The translations under genes and the position numbers were made by a program. From positions 124,001 through 188,000 of IMG/VR virus record IMGVR_UViG_3300031884_000002: a stretch of 64,000 nt of DNA. The stretch is one strand, 5' to 3'. Shown in pieces: positions 48,385 through 58,463 of this stretch; position 1 is the stretch's first letter, and the number at the start of each line of letters is the position of its first letter. The notes under the pieces are model-generated. The model saw only the letters and a program-made list of their open reading frames with translations. It ran no database searches and was not told the origin of the DNA.

Positions 48385-48389
48385 AACAT

Positions 48390-49019
48390 ATGGATAATCC
48401 AAATTTAAAATTAATATCAAAATATTTTATTCCTAAAAGGGTGTTAGACATTGGAGCGAATAGAGGACAATTTCATAATGATTGTAAATATTTTTATCCG
48501 GATTGTTTTATTTATTCTATAGAAGCAACTAGGGAATGTGAACCTGACTTAGCCAAGCAAAATCCCAATTATTATATAGGATTTCTTGGAGATGAAAAAA
48601 AATTAATTAAATTTTATAAAAACAAAACAGATTTAACTTCTACTGGTAATTCAAAATACAGAGAATTAACAAATTATTATAGAGATGATAATATAATAAT
48701 AACCGAAGAACCGGTTATATTATTAGATGAATTATTTCAAGAAAAATTTAAACCAGATGAATATTTTGACTTGATTAAATTAGATACTCAAGGATCAGAA
48801 CTCGATATTATGAAGGGGGGTAAATTAACATGTAATAAAAGCAAAGGTATATTAATAGAATTAAGTATTAAAAGATATAATGAAAATAGTCCACTAATGG
48901 GTGAAGTTAATGACTACATTCAAAATATGGGATTTGTTCCTGTAGAAGAATTATTAGTTACACGACATCCATTTACTGGAGAAATTAGTCAATGTGATGT
49001 TTTATATATAAAAATATGA
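48390..49019 (+). CDS. FkbM-family methyltransferase
   Basis: LDIGANRG, IKLDTQGSEL. Confidence 0.88.
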   Translation: MDNPNLKLISKYFIPKRVLDIGANRGQFHNDCKYFYPDCFIYSIEATRECEPDLAKQNPNYYIGFLGDEKKLIKFYKNKTDLTSTGNSKYRELTNYYRDDNIIITEEPVILLDELFQEKFKPDEYFDLIKLDTQGSELDIMKGGKLTCNKSKGILIELSIKRYNENSPLMGEVNDYIQNMGFVPVEELLVTRHPFTGEISQCDVLYIKI

Positions 49020-49912
49020 ATAAATGCTTGATTATTACCTATGGATATTTTGGAGATATTTTTTTCCAAACTTCTATTGCTAAAAAATTGAAAGAAGAAC
49101 ATCGATTTGATAGAGTTGATTATCTAATAGGATTTCCACAAATATTACGATTGATTAAAAATAATCCATATATTGACAATGTATATTTAACAAATGACCC
49201 AACTCCATTTCCAAAAGCAGATGAATTACTGTTAGCACAATATGATACGATATTCCAAATGAAATCGTTCTCTTTTATTGAACCTCCTCCTATGGAATGT
49301 CAATCTTGGGTTGGTATAATAAACAAAAGTTCAGAGTTTCATATTTACACAAATCCAGAATACGATGAAATAGCCAAACAAAATATTTTAGAATTAAAAC
49401 AAACGAATAATAAACCGGTTGTTGCTATGCCAGTGGATTGGAAAGAAAGAACATTTCTATTCACGGAAGAAGAATATAAAATAGGAAAGAATCATTCTGA
49501 CCAAACTGGATATGGAGGAAAACGAAGAGATATAGAATATATAAAAGAAAAATTATCGGAACATTTAAACCTACTTATAGTGGGACTTCCTATTGATGTT
49601 AAACAGACGATGACTGTCAATGTTCCAGAAAACGATCAAACCTCAATATTATTTCAATGTTCTATTTTAAAAGCATGTGATTTATTCATCGGGTCGGAAA
49701 GTGGAATGTGTAATATGGCATCCGGAGTAGGAACAAAAACTATAATCACCGGAGATTTCGTTCATCAATTATACGGATGGAATGGAGCATTACGAAAAAT
49801 TAAAGAACCTAAACTTGGACCTATTCACTATTTCAAAGATAAAGGACATATAGAATTGAATCCATTTTTAACTGATAATGAAGTCGTAAAAGAAATATTA
49901 AAAAACATATGA
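49016..49912 (+). CDS. glycosyltransferase family 9-like
   Basis: GYFGDI, NNPYID, FIGSESG. Confidence 0.75.
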   Translation: MNKCLIITYGYFGDIFFQTSIAKKLKEEHRFDRVDYLIGFPQILRLIKNNPYIDNVYLTNDPTPFPKADELLLAQYDTIFQMKSFSFIEPPPMECQSWVGIINKSSEFHIYTNPEYDEIAKQNILELKQTNNKPVVAMPVDWKERTFLFTEEEYKIGKNHSDQTGYGGKRRDIEYIKEKLSEHLNLLIVGLPIDVKQTMTVNVPENDQTSILFQCSILKACDLFIGSESGMCNMASGVGTKTIITGDFVHQLYGWNGALRKIKEPKLGPIHYFKDKGHIELNPFLTDNEVVKEILKNI

Positions 49913-50607
49913 ATAACTTTTTTGTATTAGGATATAATGGATGTAATTATTTTGATAAATGGTATGATAGAGAACAATTTAAAAATACTAAATTATATTA
50001 TTTCGATAATAATAAACAACAATTATCGGATATATTGAAAAAAGATTTAGTTTATACCACTACAAAAAATATAGGATGTTCCGGAGGTTGGAACTTAATG
50101 TGTGATTATGCTTTTAAGACATTAAATTTGGATAGAATTATAATAGGACAAGAAGATGCTATGATTTCTGAAGAAATATTAGAAGCTTTATATGAAAAAT
50201 GTAATCCCAATACAATAGTTGGCACTTATGATAATAGTTTTGATTTTGCGGTGTTTTCTTTACATAAAAATACATTTCATTTGGTAGGAAGAGCCGACGA
50301 AAATTTATTATTTGCTGGATGTGAAGATGACGATTATAAATATAGATGTAAATTAAATAATATAAAAATTGAAAGTTTAGGAATTCCGCATTATTATAAT
50401 GTTAGTATTGCTAATAATGATAATTGTAAACCAAGGGAAACTTCAGTATATAATTGTGAATATGTAAAACGGAAATGGGGGAATTGCACATATAATATTC
50501 CTTTCAATGATATAAATTATAAACAAACTCCCACCGAAATGTTTATAAAATATTATGGGAACGTGCCGGAATATCCAAGTGAATCAGAATATAAAAATAT
50601 AAAATAA
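49909..50607 (+). CDS. glycosyltransferase family 2-like
   Basis: NIGCSGGWN, DEN...CEDDDY.YR. Confidence 0.7.
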   Translation: MNNFFVLGYNGCNYFDKWYDREQFKNTKLYYFDNNKQQLSDILKKDLVYTTTKNIGCSGGWNLMCDYAFKTLNLDRIIIGQEDAMISEEILEALYEKCNPNTIVGTYDNSFDFAVFSLHKNTFHLVGRADENLLFAGCEDDDYKYRCKLNNIKIESLGIPHYYNVSIANNDNCKPRETSVYNCEYVKRKWGNCTYNIPFNDINYKQTPTEMFIKYYGNVPEYPSESEYKNIK

Positions 50608-50608
50608 T

Positions 50609-51229
50609 ATGGATATTTCAACCTTACAACAAATAAAAACTAAATATAATTTTAATCCATCTACTATGTTAGATATAGGTGCCAATAATGGATATTTTTC
50701 TAATTTATGTCTTCAAGTTTGGCCCAATATAGATATAACTATGATAGAGGCAAACTCTATACATGAACCGGCATTAAAACAATTAAACTTGGAATATAGT
50801 ATTTGTTTACTTGGAACCCAAGATTTACCAGAGGTTAATTTTTATAGAAGTAAAATGGAACAAGGTTCAACTGGATGTTCCATATATAAAGAAAAATCTA
50901 ATTTTTTTAGTGATGAAAACTTGGAAATTGTTAAACTTCCAATGTATAAACTTGATAATTTAACACCATATAGTTTTGATTTTATTAAAATGGATACCCA
51001 AGGCTCAGAACTTGATATAATAAAAGGAGGAATACAAACTATTAAAAGATGTAAATATCTTTTAATTGAAGTATCATTGAAAAAAACAAATGAAGGTGCT
51101 CCATTAAAATATGAAATTATTGAATACTTAAAATCCATAGAATTTAATGAAATTGATATTCTATATAATCATTACAATAATGGAGAATTATTACAACAAG
51201 ATATTCTATTCAGAAACAACAGTATATAA
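50609..51229 (+). CDS. FkbM-family methyltransferase
   Basis: LDIGANNG, IKMDTQGSEL; paralog of 48390..49019. Confidence 0.88.
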   Translation: MDISTLQQIKTKYNFNPSTMLDIGANNGYFSNLCLQVWPNIDITMIEANSIHEPALKQLNLEYSICLLGTQDLPEVNFYRSKMEQGSTGCSIYKEKSNFFSDENLEIVKLPMYKLDNLTPYSFDFIKMDTQGSELDIIKGGIQTIKRCKYLLIEVSLKKTNEGAPLKYEIIEYLKSIEFNEIDILYNHYNNGELLQQDILFRNNSI

Positions 51230-51262
51230 AAACTTTACAATTAAACAAAAATATAATAAAAT

Positions 51263-52228
51263 ATGACTATGAATAACAAAAATATAAGAAACGGAGTTCC
51301 GGTAAAAATAGGAGATAAGTATTTCGAACTTACAGTTATTGAAATGGCGCAAAAAAATAAAAGAGGAGAACAATGTTGGAAATGTTTATGTGGATGTGGA
51401 AAAAATACAATCTTAGTAGGGAGTGCGATAGGAATAAATCGAACATGTGGATGTTCTCATTTCAGATTGGGAAATAAAAGCTGTCACTTTAAAGGATATG
51501 GAGAAATATATTCGTCTTTATGGACTTCTATTCAAATAGGCGCAAGGGAACGAAATTTAGAATTCAATATTACAATTGAAGATGCGTGGAATTTATTCAT
51601 AAAACAAAACAGAAAATGTGTATTATCTGGAGAAATTTTAACATTTAGATCAAAATCAGAAATTGCAGATGGAACCGCATCGTTAGATAGAATAGATTCC
51701 AGTAAGGGATATACTATTGATAATATACAATGGATACATAAAGATTTAAATTTTGCCAAACAAAAATTATCTCAACACGAATTTATAAATTTATGTAAAA
51801 AAGTAGCATATTTTAATAATAACGAATGTATCACTAAATTAGGACCATCTCATAAAGATGAACGTGGAAATATACAAATGATATTAGAAAAATGTGAATG
51901 TAAAAGTGTGTCTGTGATTACAAGCAAACCAAATACTACACGAGCAACTCATTGGCACAAATTGGATTTTCATTATTGTATAGTATCAAGAGGACAAATT
52001 TATTATTATGAAAGACCAGTTGGAAGTGTAGAAAAACCAACTTTAACCATAGTAAAAGAAGGAGAATTATTTTATACTCCTCCAAGAGCGGAACACGAAA
52101 TGTTTTTTCCTATAGATACTGAATTTTATTGTTTTAGCGGACTGGATAGAAAATCCGAACATTATGAATCGGATACAGTGAGATTACCAGAGAAATTAAG
52201 AAACATATATAATAATTGGAAGGATTAA
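51263..52228 (+). CDS. HNH-like endonuclease fused to a cupin (sugar epimerase/isomerase-like)
   Basis: WKCLCGCG...SLDRIDSSKGY..DNIQW...N; then KDERG...RATHWHK...H...YTPPRAEH. Confidence 0.72.
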   Translation: MTMNNKNIRNGVPVKIGDKYFELTVIEMAQKNKRGEQCWKCLCGCGKNTILVGSAIGINRTCGCSHFRLGNKSCHFKGYGEIYSSLWTSIQIGARERNLEFNITIEDAWNLFIKQNRKCVLSGEILTFRSKSEIADGTASLDRIDSSKGYTIDNIQWIHKDLNFAKQKLSQHEFINLCKKVAYFNNNECITKLGPSHKDERGNIQMILEKCECKSVSVITSKPNTTRATHWHKLDFHYCIVSRGQIYYYERPVGSVEKPTLTIVKEGELFYTPPRAEHEMFFPIDTEFYCFSGLDRKSEHYESDTVRLPEKLRNIYNNWKD

Positions 52229-52229
52229 A

Positions 52230-53438
52230 ATGACTAATACTGTTACCTCTTGTCGGTTATGTGGATGTTCTGATATACCTATAATATGGGATTTCGGAAA
52301 ATCTCCATTAGCAAATGCATTTAAAACAAAAGAAGAATTAAACAATTCTGAATTGGAGTTTCCACTTAGATATTTTAAGTGTAATAATTGTCACTCGGTT
52401 CAATTAAAAGATGAAGTTAGTTCAGATATTTTATTTAAAGAATATTTATATGAAAGTCCCCCTAATTTAATTCCTCATTTCAATGAAATGGCAAAAACTA
52501 CATCCGAATATTTAGAACTTTCTAAGAATGATTGGGTATTTGATATAGGTTCTAATAATGGAATATTATTATCAGAATATAGAAAATTAGGATATAATAT
52601 AATGGGAATTGAACCGGCTGCTAATATAGCAGAAAAAGCTAGAAAAAATAATATCCCAACTATGACTGCATTTTTCACTCCTCAGACGGCAGAAGAGATA
52701 AATCTAATGTCACAGTCTCCTAAATTAGTAACGTGTTGTAATTGTTTCGCTCATATATCAGATTTAAATGAAATTGTAGTGTCATTAAAAACGATAATGC
52801 CTAAACAATCTTATTTTGTATTTGAAAATGCATATTTATTAAATACTATAGAAAATCTAGATTTTGGACAATGTTATTTCGAACATTTTTATTTACATTC
52901 AGTTGCTCCTCTATTAACATTATTCGAAAAACATGGACTTGAATTATTTAAAGTAGAATATAATAACGTTCAAATGGGGTCTATTCGAGGATATGTTAGA
53001 TGGAAAGAAAATACTAAACTCCCATTGGATTCAAGTGTTGCTAATGCAATTGACAATGAATGTCAATTTGGATTGCTTGATATGGATACATATTTAGATT
53101 TTAAAATAGATATTGATATTATAAAATCATCGGTTAGAGATACACTCGAAATATTTAAAGAAAACGGAAGTTCAATAGCGGTCTATGCTTGGCCAGCTAA
53201 AATGACATTATTAAATAAATATTTTGAAATAGAAAAATATTTAGATTATGTAGTAGAAGAATCATCTCTAAAAATAGGAAAATATGCCCCCGGAACACGC
53301 TTGGAAATTAAAAATATAGATTATTTCAAGGAAAATGACCCAGATTACTGTGTATTAGGAGCATATAACTTTGAGAAAGATATAAAAGCAAAACACAATT
53401 GGTATAAAGGACTATGGGTTAATCCATTAAAATTATGA
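52230..53438 (+). CDS. NDP-hexose C-methyltransferase
   Basis: CRLCG...PLANAF...C..C, DIGSNNG, NCFAH, YFEH. Confidence 0.85.
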   Translation: MTNTVTSCRLCGCSDIPIIWDFGKSPLANAFKTKEELNNSELEFPLRYFKCNNCHSVQLKDEVSSDILFKEYLYESPPNLIPHFNEMAKTTSEYLELSKNDWVFDIGSNNGILLSEYRKLGYNIMGIEPAANIAEKARKNNIPTMTAFFTPQTAEEINLMSQSPKLVTCCNCFAHISDLNEIVVSLKTIMPKQSYFVFENAYLLNTIENLDFGQCYFEHFYLHSVAPLLTLFEKHGLELFKVEYNNVQMGSIRGYVRWKENTKLPLDSSVANAIDNECQFGLLDMDTYLDFKIDIDIIKSSVRDTLEIFKENGSSIAVYAWPAKMTLLNKYFEIEKYLDYVVEESSLKIGKYAPGTRLEIKNIDYFKENDPDYCVLGAYNFEKDIKAKHNWYKGLWVNPLKL

Positions 53439-54352
53439 TAAAACAAAAACTCTTAATAACCGGTGTATTGGGATATATTGCTCGTGGATTTTGTGAGTTA
53501 TATAAAAATGATTACGATATAATTGGAATTGATAATAATTTCATTCCCGATAAAGTAAAATGGCTTACTGAAAATGGAATTAAGTTTTACCATCGTGATT
53601 TATTCAACATTAAAGAGTTGTTATCCACTGCTGATATTGTATTACATACCGCAGGAATAACAGCAGTTCCAACCGTTAAAAGTCAAAGCAATCCTACAAT
53701 CGATGCCGAAATATATAAAGTAGGAGTAGAAGGAACCCGACAAATAATAGAACATACATCTAAAGAATGTCAGATAATGTTTTTATCAACTCATGTTGTA
53801 TTTGAATCATTGTCAGATTCGATTTCTGATATAACAGAAGTATATCCACCATGTCCCGAACTTGCATATGCCAAATCAAAATATCAATCAGAAAAAGATT
53901 TATTATACTCCAACAAAAAGTTTATAACATTGAGATTAGCAAGTGTGTATGGATATAATGACTGTATTAGATGGAAAATATTACCAAACTTATTTTCAAA
54001 AATGGCATCGGTTGACAATAAACTAAAAGTATTTGGAAATGGAAATAATATTAAACCGTTAGTTGGAATTGAGGATGTATGTGGAGCCATTAGATGGTTA
54101 CAATTCAGCAGCCGAACCCATGACCACAATGGACAAATATATAATATAGTAAATGACCATAAAACAGTAAAAGAATTGGCAGAAATATGCAAAACATATA
54201 ATCCCCAATTAAATATTGAGTTTACTAATGATGAAATACCAAATCTAGGATATTCATTATCAAATAAAAAAATAAAAGACACTGGATTTATATTTCATCA
54301 AACCGTGGAAGAGAATATAGGAGAGATGATGTCATTTTGGAAAAATAAATGA
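53435..54352 (+). CDS. NAD-dependent epimerase/dehydratase
   Basis: ITGVLGYI, YAKSK, RLASVYG. Confidence 0.88.
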   Translation: MIKQKLLITGVLGYIARGFCELYKNDYDIIGIDNNFIPDKVKWLTENGIKFYHRDLFNIKELLSTADIVLHTAGITAVPTVKSQSNPTIDAEIYKVGVEGTRQIIEHTSKECQIMFLSTHVVFESLSDSISDITEVYPPCPELAYAKSKYQSEKDLLYSNKKFITLRLASVYGYNDCIRWKILPNLFSKMASVDNKLKVFGNGNNIKPLVGIEDVCGAIRWLQFSSRTHDHNGQIYNIVNDHKTVKELAEICKTYNPQLNIEFTNDEIPNLGYSLSNKKIKDTGFIFHQTVEENIGEMMSFWKNK

Positions 54353-55299
54353 AAATATTATACATTTCTAAGTTTCATATTAGTGATTTCATGGCAGATG
54401 TAGTGTTTCATGGATTGAAATCGCTATATGGTAATGATGTTATAGATTATCATCCTCAATGGTACATGTACGATAATATTGATAAAAAATCATTATTAAC
54501 AACATTTCACGGAAGAGGATTTACATTATGTGGAAATCTTCCATTTTCAGATAAAATAGATAGGTCTGATATAGAAAATAAAATTAAAAATAAATACTTC
54601 GATTTAATAGTATATGGTGCAATATATAGAAATCTAGATTTGTTGGAATTAGTATTGGGTAATTACGAAAAAAATAAAATTATTTTTATAGATGGGCATG
54701 AAATATTAACAATATATGATGATTTGATTAAAACTGGACTGTATTTCAAAATGACAATGGAAACCGATATTAAAAATGTGTTTCCTATTTGGCTGGCTAT
54801 GCCAAAAGAAAAAATATGCAAAATAGACGTAGTTAAAGACAAACTAATAGCAACTAACGTCCCAGGAGCACATCAAACATTGATATTCAATACTGAAATA
54901 GAATACTACAAAGATTATCAACAATCTATGTTTGGATATACTTGGAAAAAGGCATGTTGGGAGTCTTTAAGACATTGTGAAATAATAATGAACAAGTGTA
55001 TTCCATTGTTTATAGATATAAAACATTGCCCAATTCAAAGTCTCCAAAAACTACCAAAAGATATTTTATTAGACGTATTCGATATTTTTAAAAATATCGA
55101 TAAATCGTTTTTAGATAAACAATTTATATATAACCAACATTTGTTAATAACAAATTTTGATTTTAATATATTTAATGAATTAGAAATAGATTTCGATAAA
55201 TACGCAGAAATCAATTCCAAATTATATAATTATTTATGTAACAATTTAACCACCGAACACGTCGCAAAATATATAATAGATACAAGTAAATCATGTTAA
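54349..55299 (+). CDS. putative glycosyltransferase
   Basis: FIDG, KKACWESLRHCEI; glycan-cluster context. Confidence 0.5.
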   Translation: MKILYISKFHISDFMADVVFHGLKSLYGNDVIDYHPQWYMYDNIDKKSLLTTFHGRGFTLCGNLPFSDKIDRSDIENKIKNKYFDLIVYGAIYRNLDLLELVLGNYEKNKIIFIDGHEILTIYDDLIKTGLYFKMTMETDIKNVFPIWLAMPKEKICKIDVVKDKLIATNVPGAHQTLIFNTEIEYYKDYQQSMFGYTWKKACWESLRHCEIIMNKCIPLFIDIKHCPIQSLQKLPKDILLDVFDIFKNIDKSFLDKQFIYNQHLLITNFDFNIFNELEIDFDKYAEINSKLYNYLCNNLTTEHVAKYIIDTSKSC

Positions 55300-55988
55300 C
55301 GATATTTTACAGAATAAGCAACAATTCATATAAAAAAAATAGGTTGACACATGCTACCAAGGAACATTGTCTTAATAATTTTTTATCTATATTTGGAAAA
55401 TATAATATAAATTTAATTGCGGATAATGTAACGGAACCATCGTTATTAGAGTTTATAAAATCGAAAGAATCTACCAATTTTAAAATAGAATATACGAATC
55501 TAAATAACGCTCATGCATTTAGACATTCCATGCGTAGAGCATGTAAAGAATTAAAAGATAATGATTTAATTTATTTGGTAGAAGATGATTATTTACACTT
55601 GCCTAATTCGGATACAATTTTATTAGAAGGATTGCAAATTGCAAATTATTGTACGCTTTATTGCCATCCAGATAAATATATAAATGCAAATTGTGGAGGA
55701 AATCCACAAGTTGAAGGTGGAGGAGAAATTACCAGAGTTGTTTTAACTAACTCATCATATTGGAAACTTACTAATAGCACAACGATGACATTTGCTACTA
55801 ATATAAAAACATTAAAAGAAGATGTAGATATATGGGAAGAAGCAACAATCGAATCATATCCACGAGATTACTGGGCGTTTTGTAAATTGATAGATAAGGG
55901 GAGAAGTCTAATATCTTCTATTCCGGCAAAATCTACACATACAGAAATACCGTGGTTATCTCCGTTGATTGATTGGACTAAAGTTTAA
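55293..55988 (+). CDS. GT-A fold glycosyltransferase-like protein
   Basis: YLVEDDYLH. Confidence 0.65.
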   Translation: MLTIFYRISNNSYKKNRLTHATKEHCLNNFLSIFGKYNINLIADNVTEPSLLEFIKSKESTNFKIEYTNLNNAHAFRHSMRRACKELKDNDLIYLVEDDYLHLPNSDTILLEGLQIANYCTLYCHPDKYINANCGGNPQVEGGGEITRVVLTNSSYWKLTNSTTMTFATNIKTLKEDVDIWEEATIESYPRDYWAFCKLIDKGRSLISSIPAKSTHTEIPWLSPLIDWTKV

Positions 55989-55990
55989 TA

Positions 55991-56019
55991 TTGACAATTT
56001 TTAAAAACTCTGTTATATT
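55991..56019 (+). promoter_or_regulatory. sigma70-type promoter
   Basis: TTGACA-N17-TATATT with extended TG. Confidence 0.6.
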
Positions 56020-56027
56020 TATACTCT

Positions 56028-56654
56028 ATGAAAAATAAAATTATTACAACATTGTCAATTCTTATATTGACGGTATTAAATTCAATTGCAACTCCCACTG
56101 TTACATTGTATCAAAACTCATATTCATATGGTTCAGGTGGTCAATTTACTGCGGTAACTAGTGGTAATGGAACATTTCAAACATTTTGCATAGATACATC
56201 CCATGAGTTTACGCCCGGAACGTCGTATAACTATTCAATTGGAAACTATACGTATGTAGGGTCAGGCAATCAATTAACTATCGGAGTTGCTTATTTATAT
56301 AATTCATTCTTAGAAGGTAATTTAAACGGATACCAATATGGAGATGCTAATTCTGCTGGTTCATTACAAAATGTAATATGGTCTCTTCAAAACGAGTCAT
56401 ATGGAAACTCCGAAGCGTCATTTGTATCTGGAAACCCATTTTATAATGATTTAATTACTCAATTTTTAACTATAAACAATGCAGAATTATCATCCAATGG
56501 GGCATATGGAATAGAGGTAATGAATCTATATGATTGTAATAATAATCAAATTCAAAGTCAATTAGTATCGGTCCAAGAACATGGAACGTTATTAGTAAGT
56601 TCGTTTTTATTACTGGGATTAATTCCACTTAGAAAATATTCATATTGTAAATGA
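56028..56654 (+). CDS. PEP-CTERM-like exported protein
   Basis: Signal peptide; S/G/N/T-rich body with FQTFCI; C-terminal VQEHGT, TM helix and basic tail (RK). Confidence 0.65.
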   Translation: MKNKIITTLSILILTVLNSIATPTVTLYQNSYSYGSGGQFTAVTSGNGTFQTFCIDTSHEFTPGTSYNYSIGNYTYVGSGNQLTIGVAYLYNSFLEGNLNGYQYGDANSAGSLQNVIWSLQNESYGNSEASFVSGNPFYNDLITQFLTINNAELSSNGAYGIEVMNLYDCNNNQIQSQLVSVQEHGTLLVSSFLLLGLIPLRKYSYCK

Positions 56655-57421
56655 TAAGTATAATTATTCCAACATTTAAAGAACCAAAATATTTGGATTC
56701 ATGTATAGAGTCTGCCATAATGGGGCAGACTTTTTTAACTAATCAAATTGTAGTAGTAGTCGATGGAACATATGAAGAAAATAAAGAAGTATTAGAAAAA
56801 TGGAAAAATAAAATAACTCCTATTGTATTTGAAACTACGATGGGACAAAATGCAGCAACGAACCACGGAGTTTATAATTCTGCTAATGACTATATTCTTA
56901 TAGTAAACGATGATAATGTGTTTCCCATTGGATGGGATAAAATATTAATTGATAATTATCAATCTAGAACAGTAGTAACCCCAAATCAAATAGAGCCACG
57001 CTATAGCATATTTAAATCATTTATAATTCATGATTTCGGGCAGACTATCGAAACATTTAATTTAAAAAACTTTCAAGAAAAAGAACCATCTTTTAGAAAT
57101 AAGTTATTCGCACAATCAGATGGAAACACACTTCCTATATTTATGAAACGTAAAGATTATGTTTCTATAGGAGGATGGGATGAAGGATTTCCAAGTGGGC
57201 ATGTAACTGATTTAGATTTCTTTTATAAATGTAATATAAATAATATTAAATCAGTTAGAAACATGGCATTAAACTTCTACCATTTTTCTGGCGTGGCAAC
57301 ACGCAGTCCAGAAAAAATAAAAGAAACTCAAACAAAGGAAAAATCTGGGTTTGACTATTTCTTTTATAAATGGAAATCATATCCTAAATATGATAGGGAT
57401 GTTAATTTTAGATTTGATTAA
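56651..57421 (+). CDS. glycosyltransferase family 2
   Basis: ISIIIPT, VVVDG, VNDD, GGWDE. Confidence 0.88.
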   Translation: MISIIIPTFKEPKYLDSCIESAIMGQTFLTNQIVVVVDGTYEENKEVLEKWKNKITPIVFETTMGQNAATNHGVYNSANDYILIVNDDNVFPIGWDKILIDNYQSRTVVTPNQIEPRYSIFKSFIIHDFGQTIETFNLKNFQEKEPSFRNKLFAQSDGNTLPIFMKRKDYVSIGGWDEGFPSGHVTDLDFFYKCNINNIKSVRNMALNFYHFSGVATRSPEKIKETQTKEKSGFDYFFYKWKSYPKYDRDVNFRFD

Positions 57422-58227
57422 ACAGTATGAATTAACTGTTTAATTCCATCATATATATTCACTTCTTGATAAAATCCCAATTCTTTGAGTTTAGTAATAT
57501 CTAACCACATATTCTTTACTTGTACTATTTTATGAAACTCCGTTGCATCAATAGAATGTATTTTACTCGTTGATTGTGCTTCTGATATAGAAAAGCGTAT
57601 AGCATCTCCGAATATTTGAGGTATTCCACTTCCAATATTTATAATTTGGTTAGTATCAGATTTATGTATACATAAATGTATAGCTTTACATACATCAGTA
57701 ACATACATATAATCCCTAGTAAAGTGTCCGTCATAATAAAGGTTTATATCTTTATTATTTTTAATTTCGTCTATAAGATACTGTAAAGCATTCTTTTGCT
57801 TAGATACTCGGTTATCGTCTGGTCCATACACATTACATAATCTTAGTATTCTATACTTTATATTATTAACTTTACAATATGTTTCTACCAAACGTTCTGC
57901 TGCTTGTTTGGTTATTGAATAATAACCTTTAGGATTTCCAATATATTCTTCTTTTGCCGGTAATGGAACATCTCCATATACAAACCAACTACTTATAAAG
58001 TTAAAAACAGTATGGGAATGACAATTTTCTAATACTTTGATAAGTTTAGTTAAATTAGTATCGACATCTATTTGTGGACGATTATAATTATGAGTAGTGC
58101 TTATCATATATAATACATTGTTATACGTTGGAAAATTATCTTCCCTATTATGTATGTGAGTATCAGGATATAATTTTTTATAATTACTTCCAATAAAACC
58201 CGTACCACCAAATAAATCGACTGTCAT
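57418..58227 (-). CDS. NAD-dependent epimerase/dehydratase
   Basis: GGTGFIG, YSITK, RLCNVYG, RDYMYV. Confidence 0.88.
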   Translation of the reverse strand: MTVDLFGGTGFIGSNYKKLYPDTHIHNREDNFPTYNNVLYMISTTHNYNRPQIDVDTNLTKLIKVLENCHSHTVFNFISSWFVYGDVPLPAKEEYIGNPKGYYSITKQAAERLVETYCKVNNIKYRILRLCNVYGPDDNRVSKQKNALQYLIDEIKNNKDINLYYDGHFTRDYMYVTDVCKAIHLCIHKSDTNQIINIGSGIPQIFGDAIRFSISEAQSTSKIHSIDATEFHKIVQVKNMWLDITKLKELGFYQEVNIYDGIKQLIHTV

Positions 58228-58310
58228 ATAGAATATATTACAACTTTTATTAAATATTGTCAATTAAAAATATTTGATTGTGTTTCGTTTATCGTATATA
58301 CTTATAATAT

Positions 58311-58463
58311 ATGGGACGAAAATCATTAAATAGAACATACGAAGAAATTCTTAAACTTAAAAGAATAAATGCCAATAACTATTATAAATTAAATAAAGAA
58401 TTGGTAAATAAAAAACGAAGAAAATTATACAATGATTTAAAAAATAAACATAAACACTTATGA
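58311..58463 (+). CDS. small basic MGRK protein (50 aa, not in ORF track)
   Basis: MGRKSLNRTYEEILKLKRINANNYY...; ATGA overlap with the GIY-YIG gene. Confidence 0.6.
   Translation: MGRKSLNRTYEEILKLKRINANNYYKLNKELVNKKRRKLYNDLKNKHKHL

Noticed and set aside
57418-57421. Convergent genes sharing one TTAA as both stops (also 62948-62951)
   Set aside because: This is ordinary compaction in an AT-rich genome.
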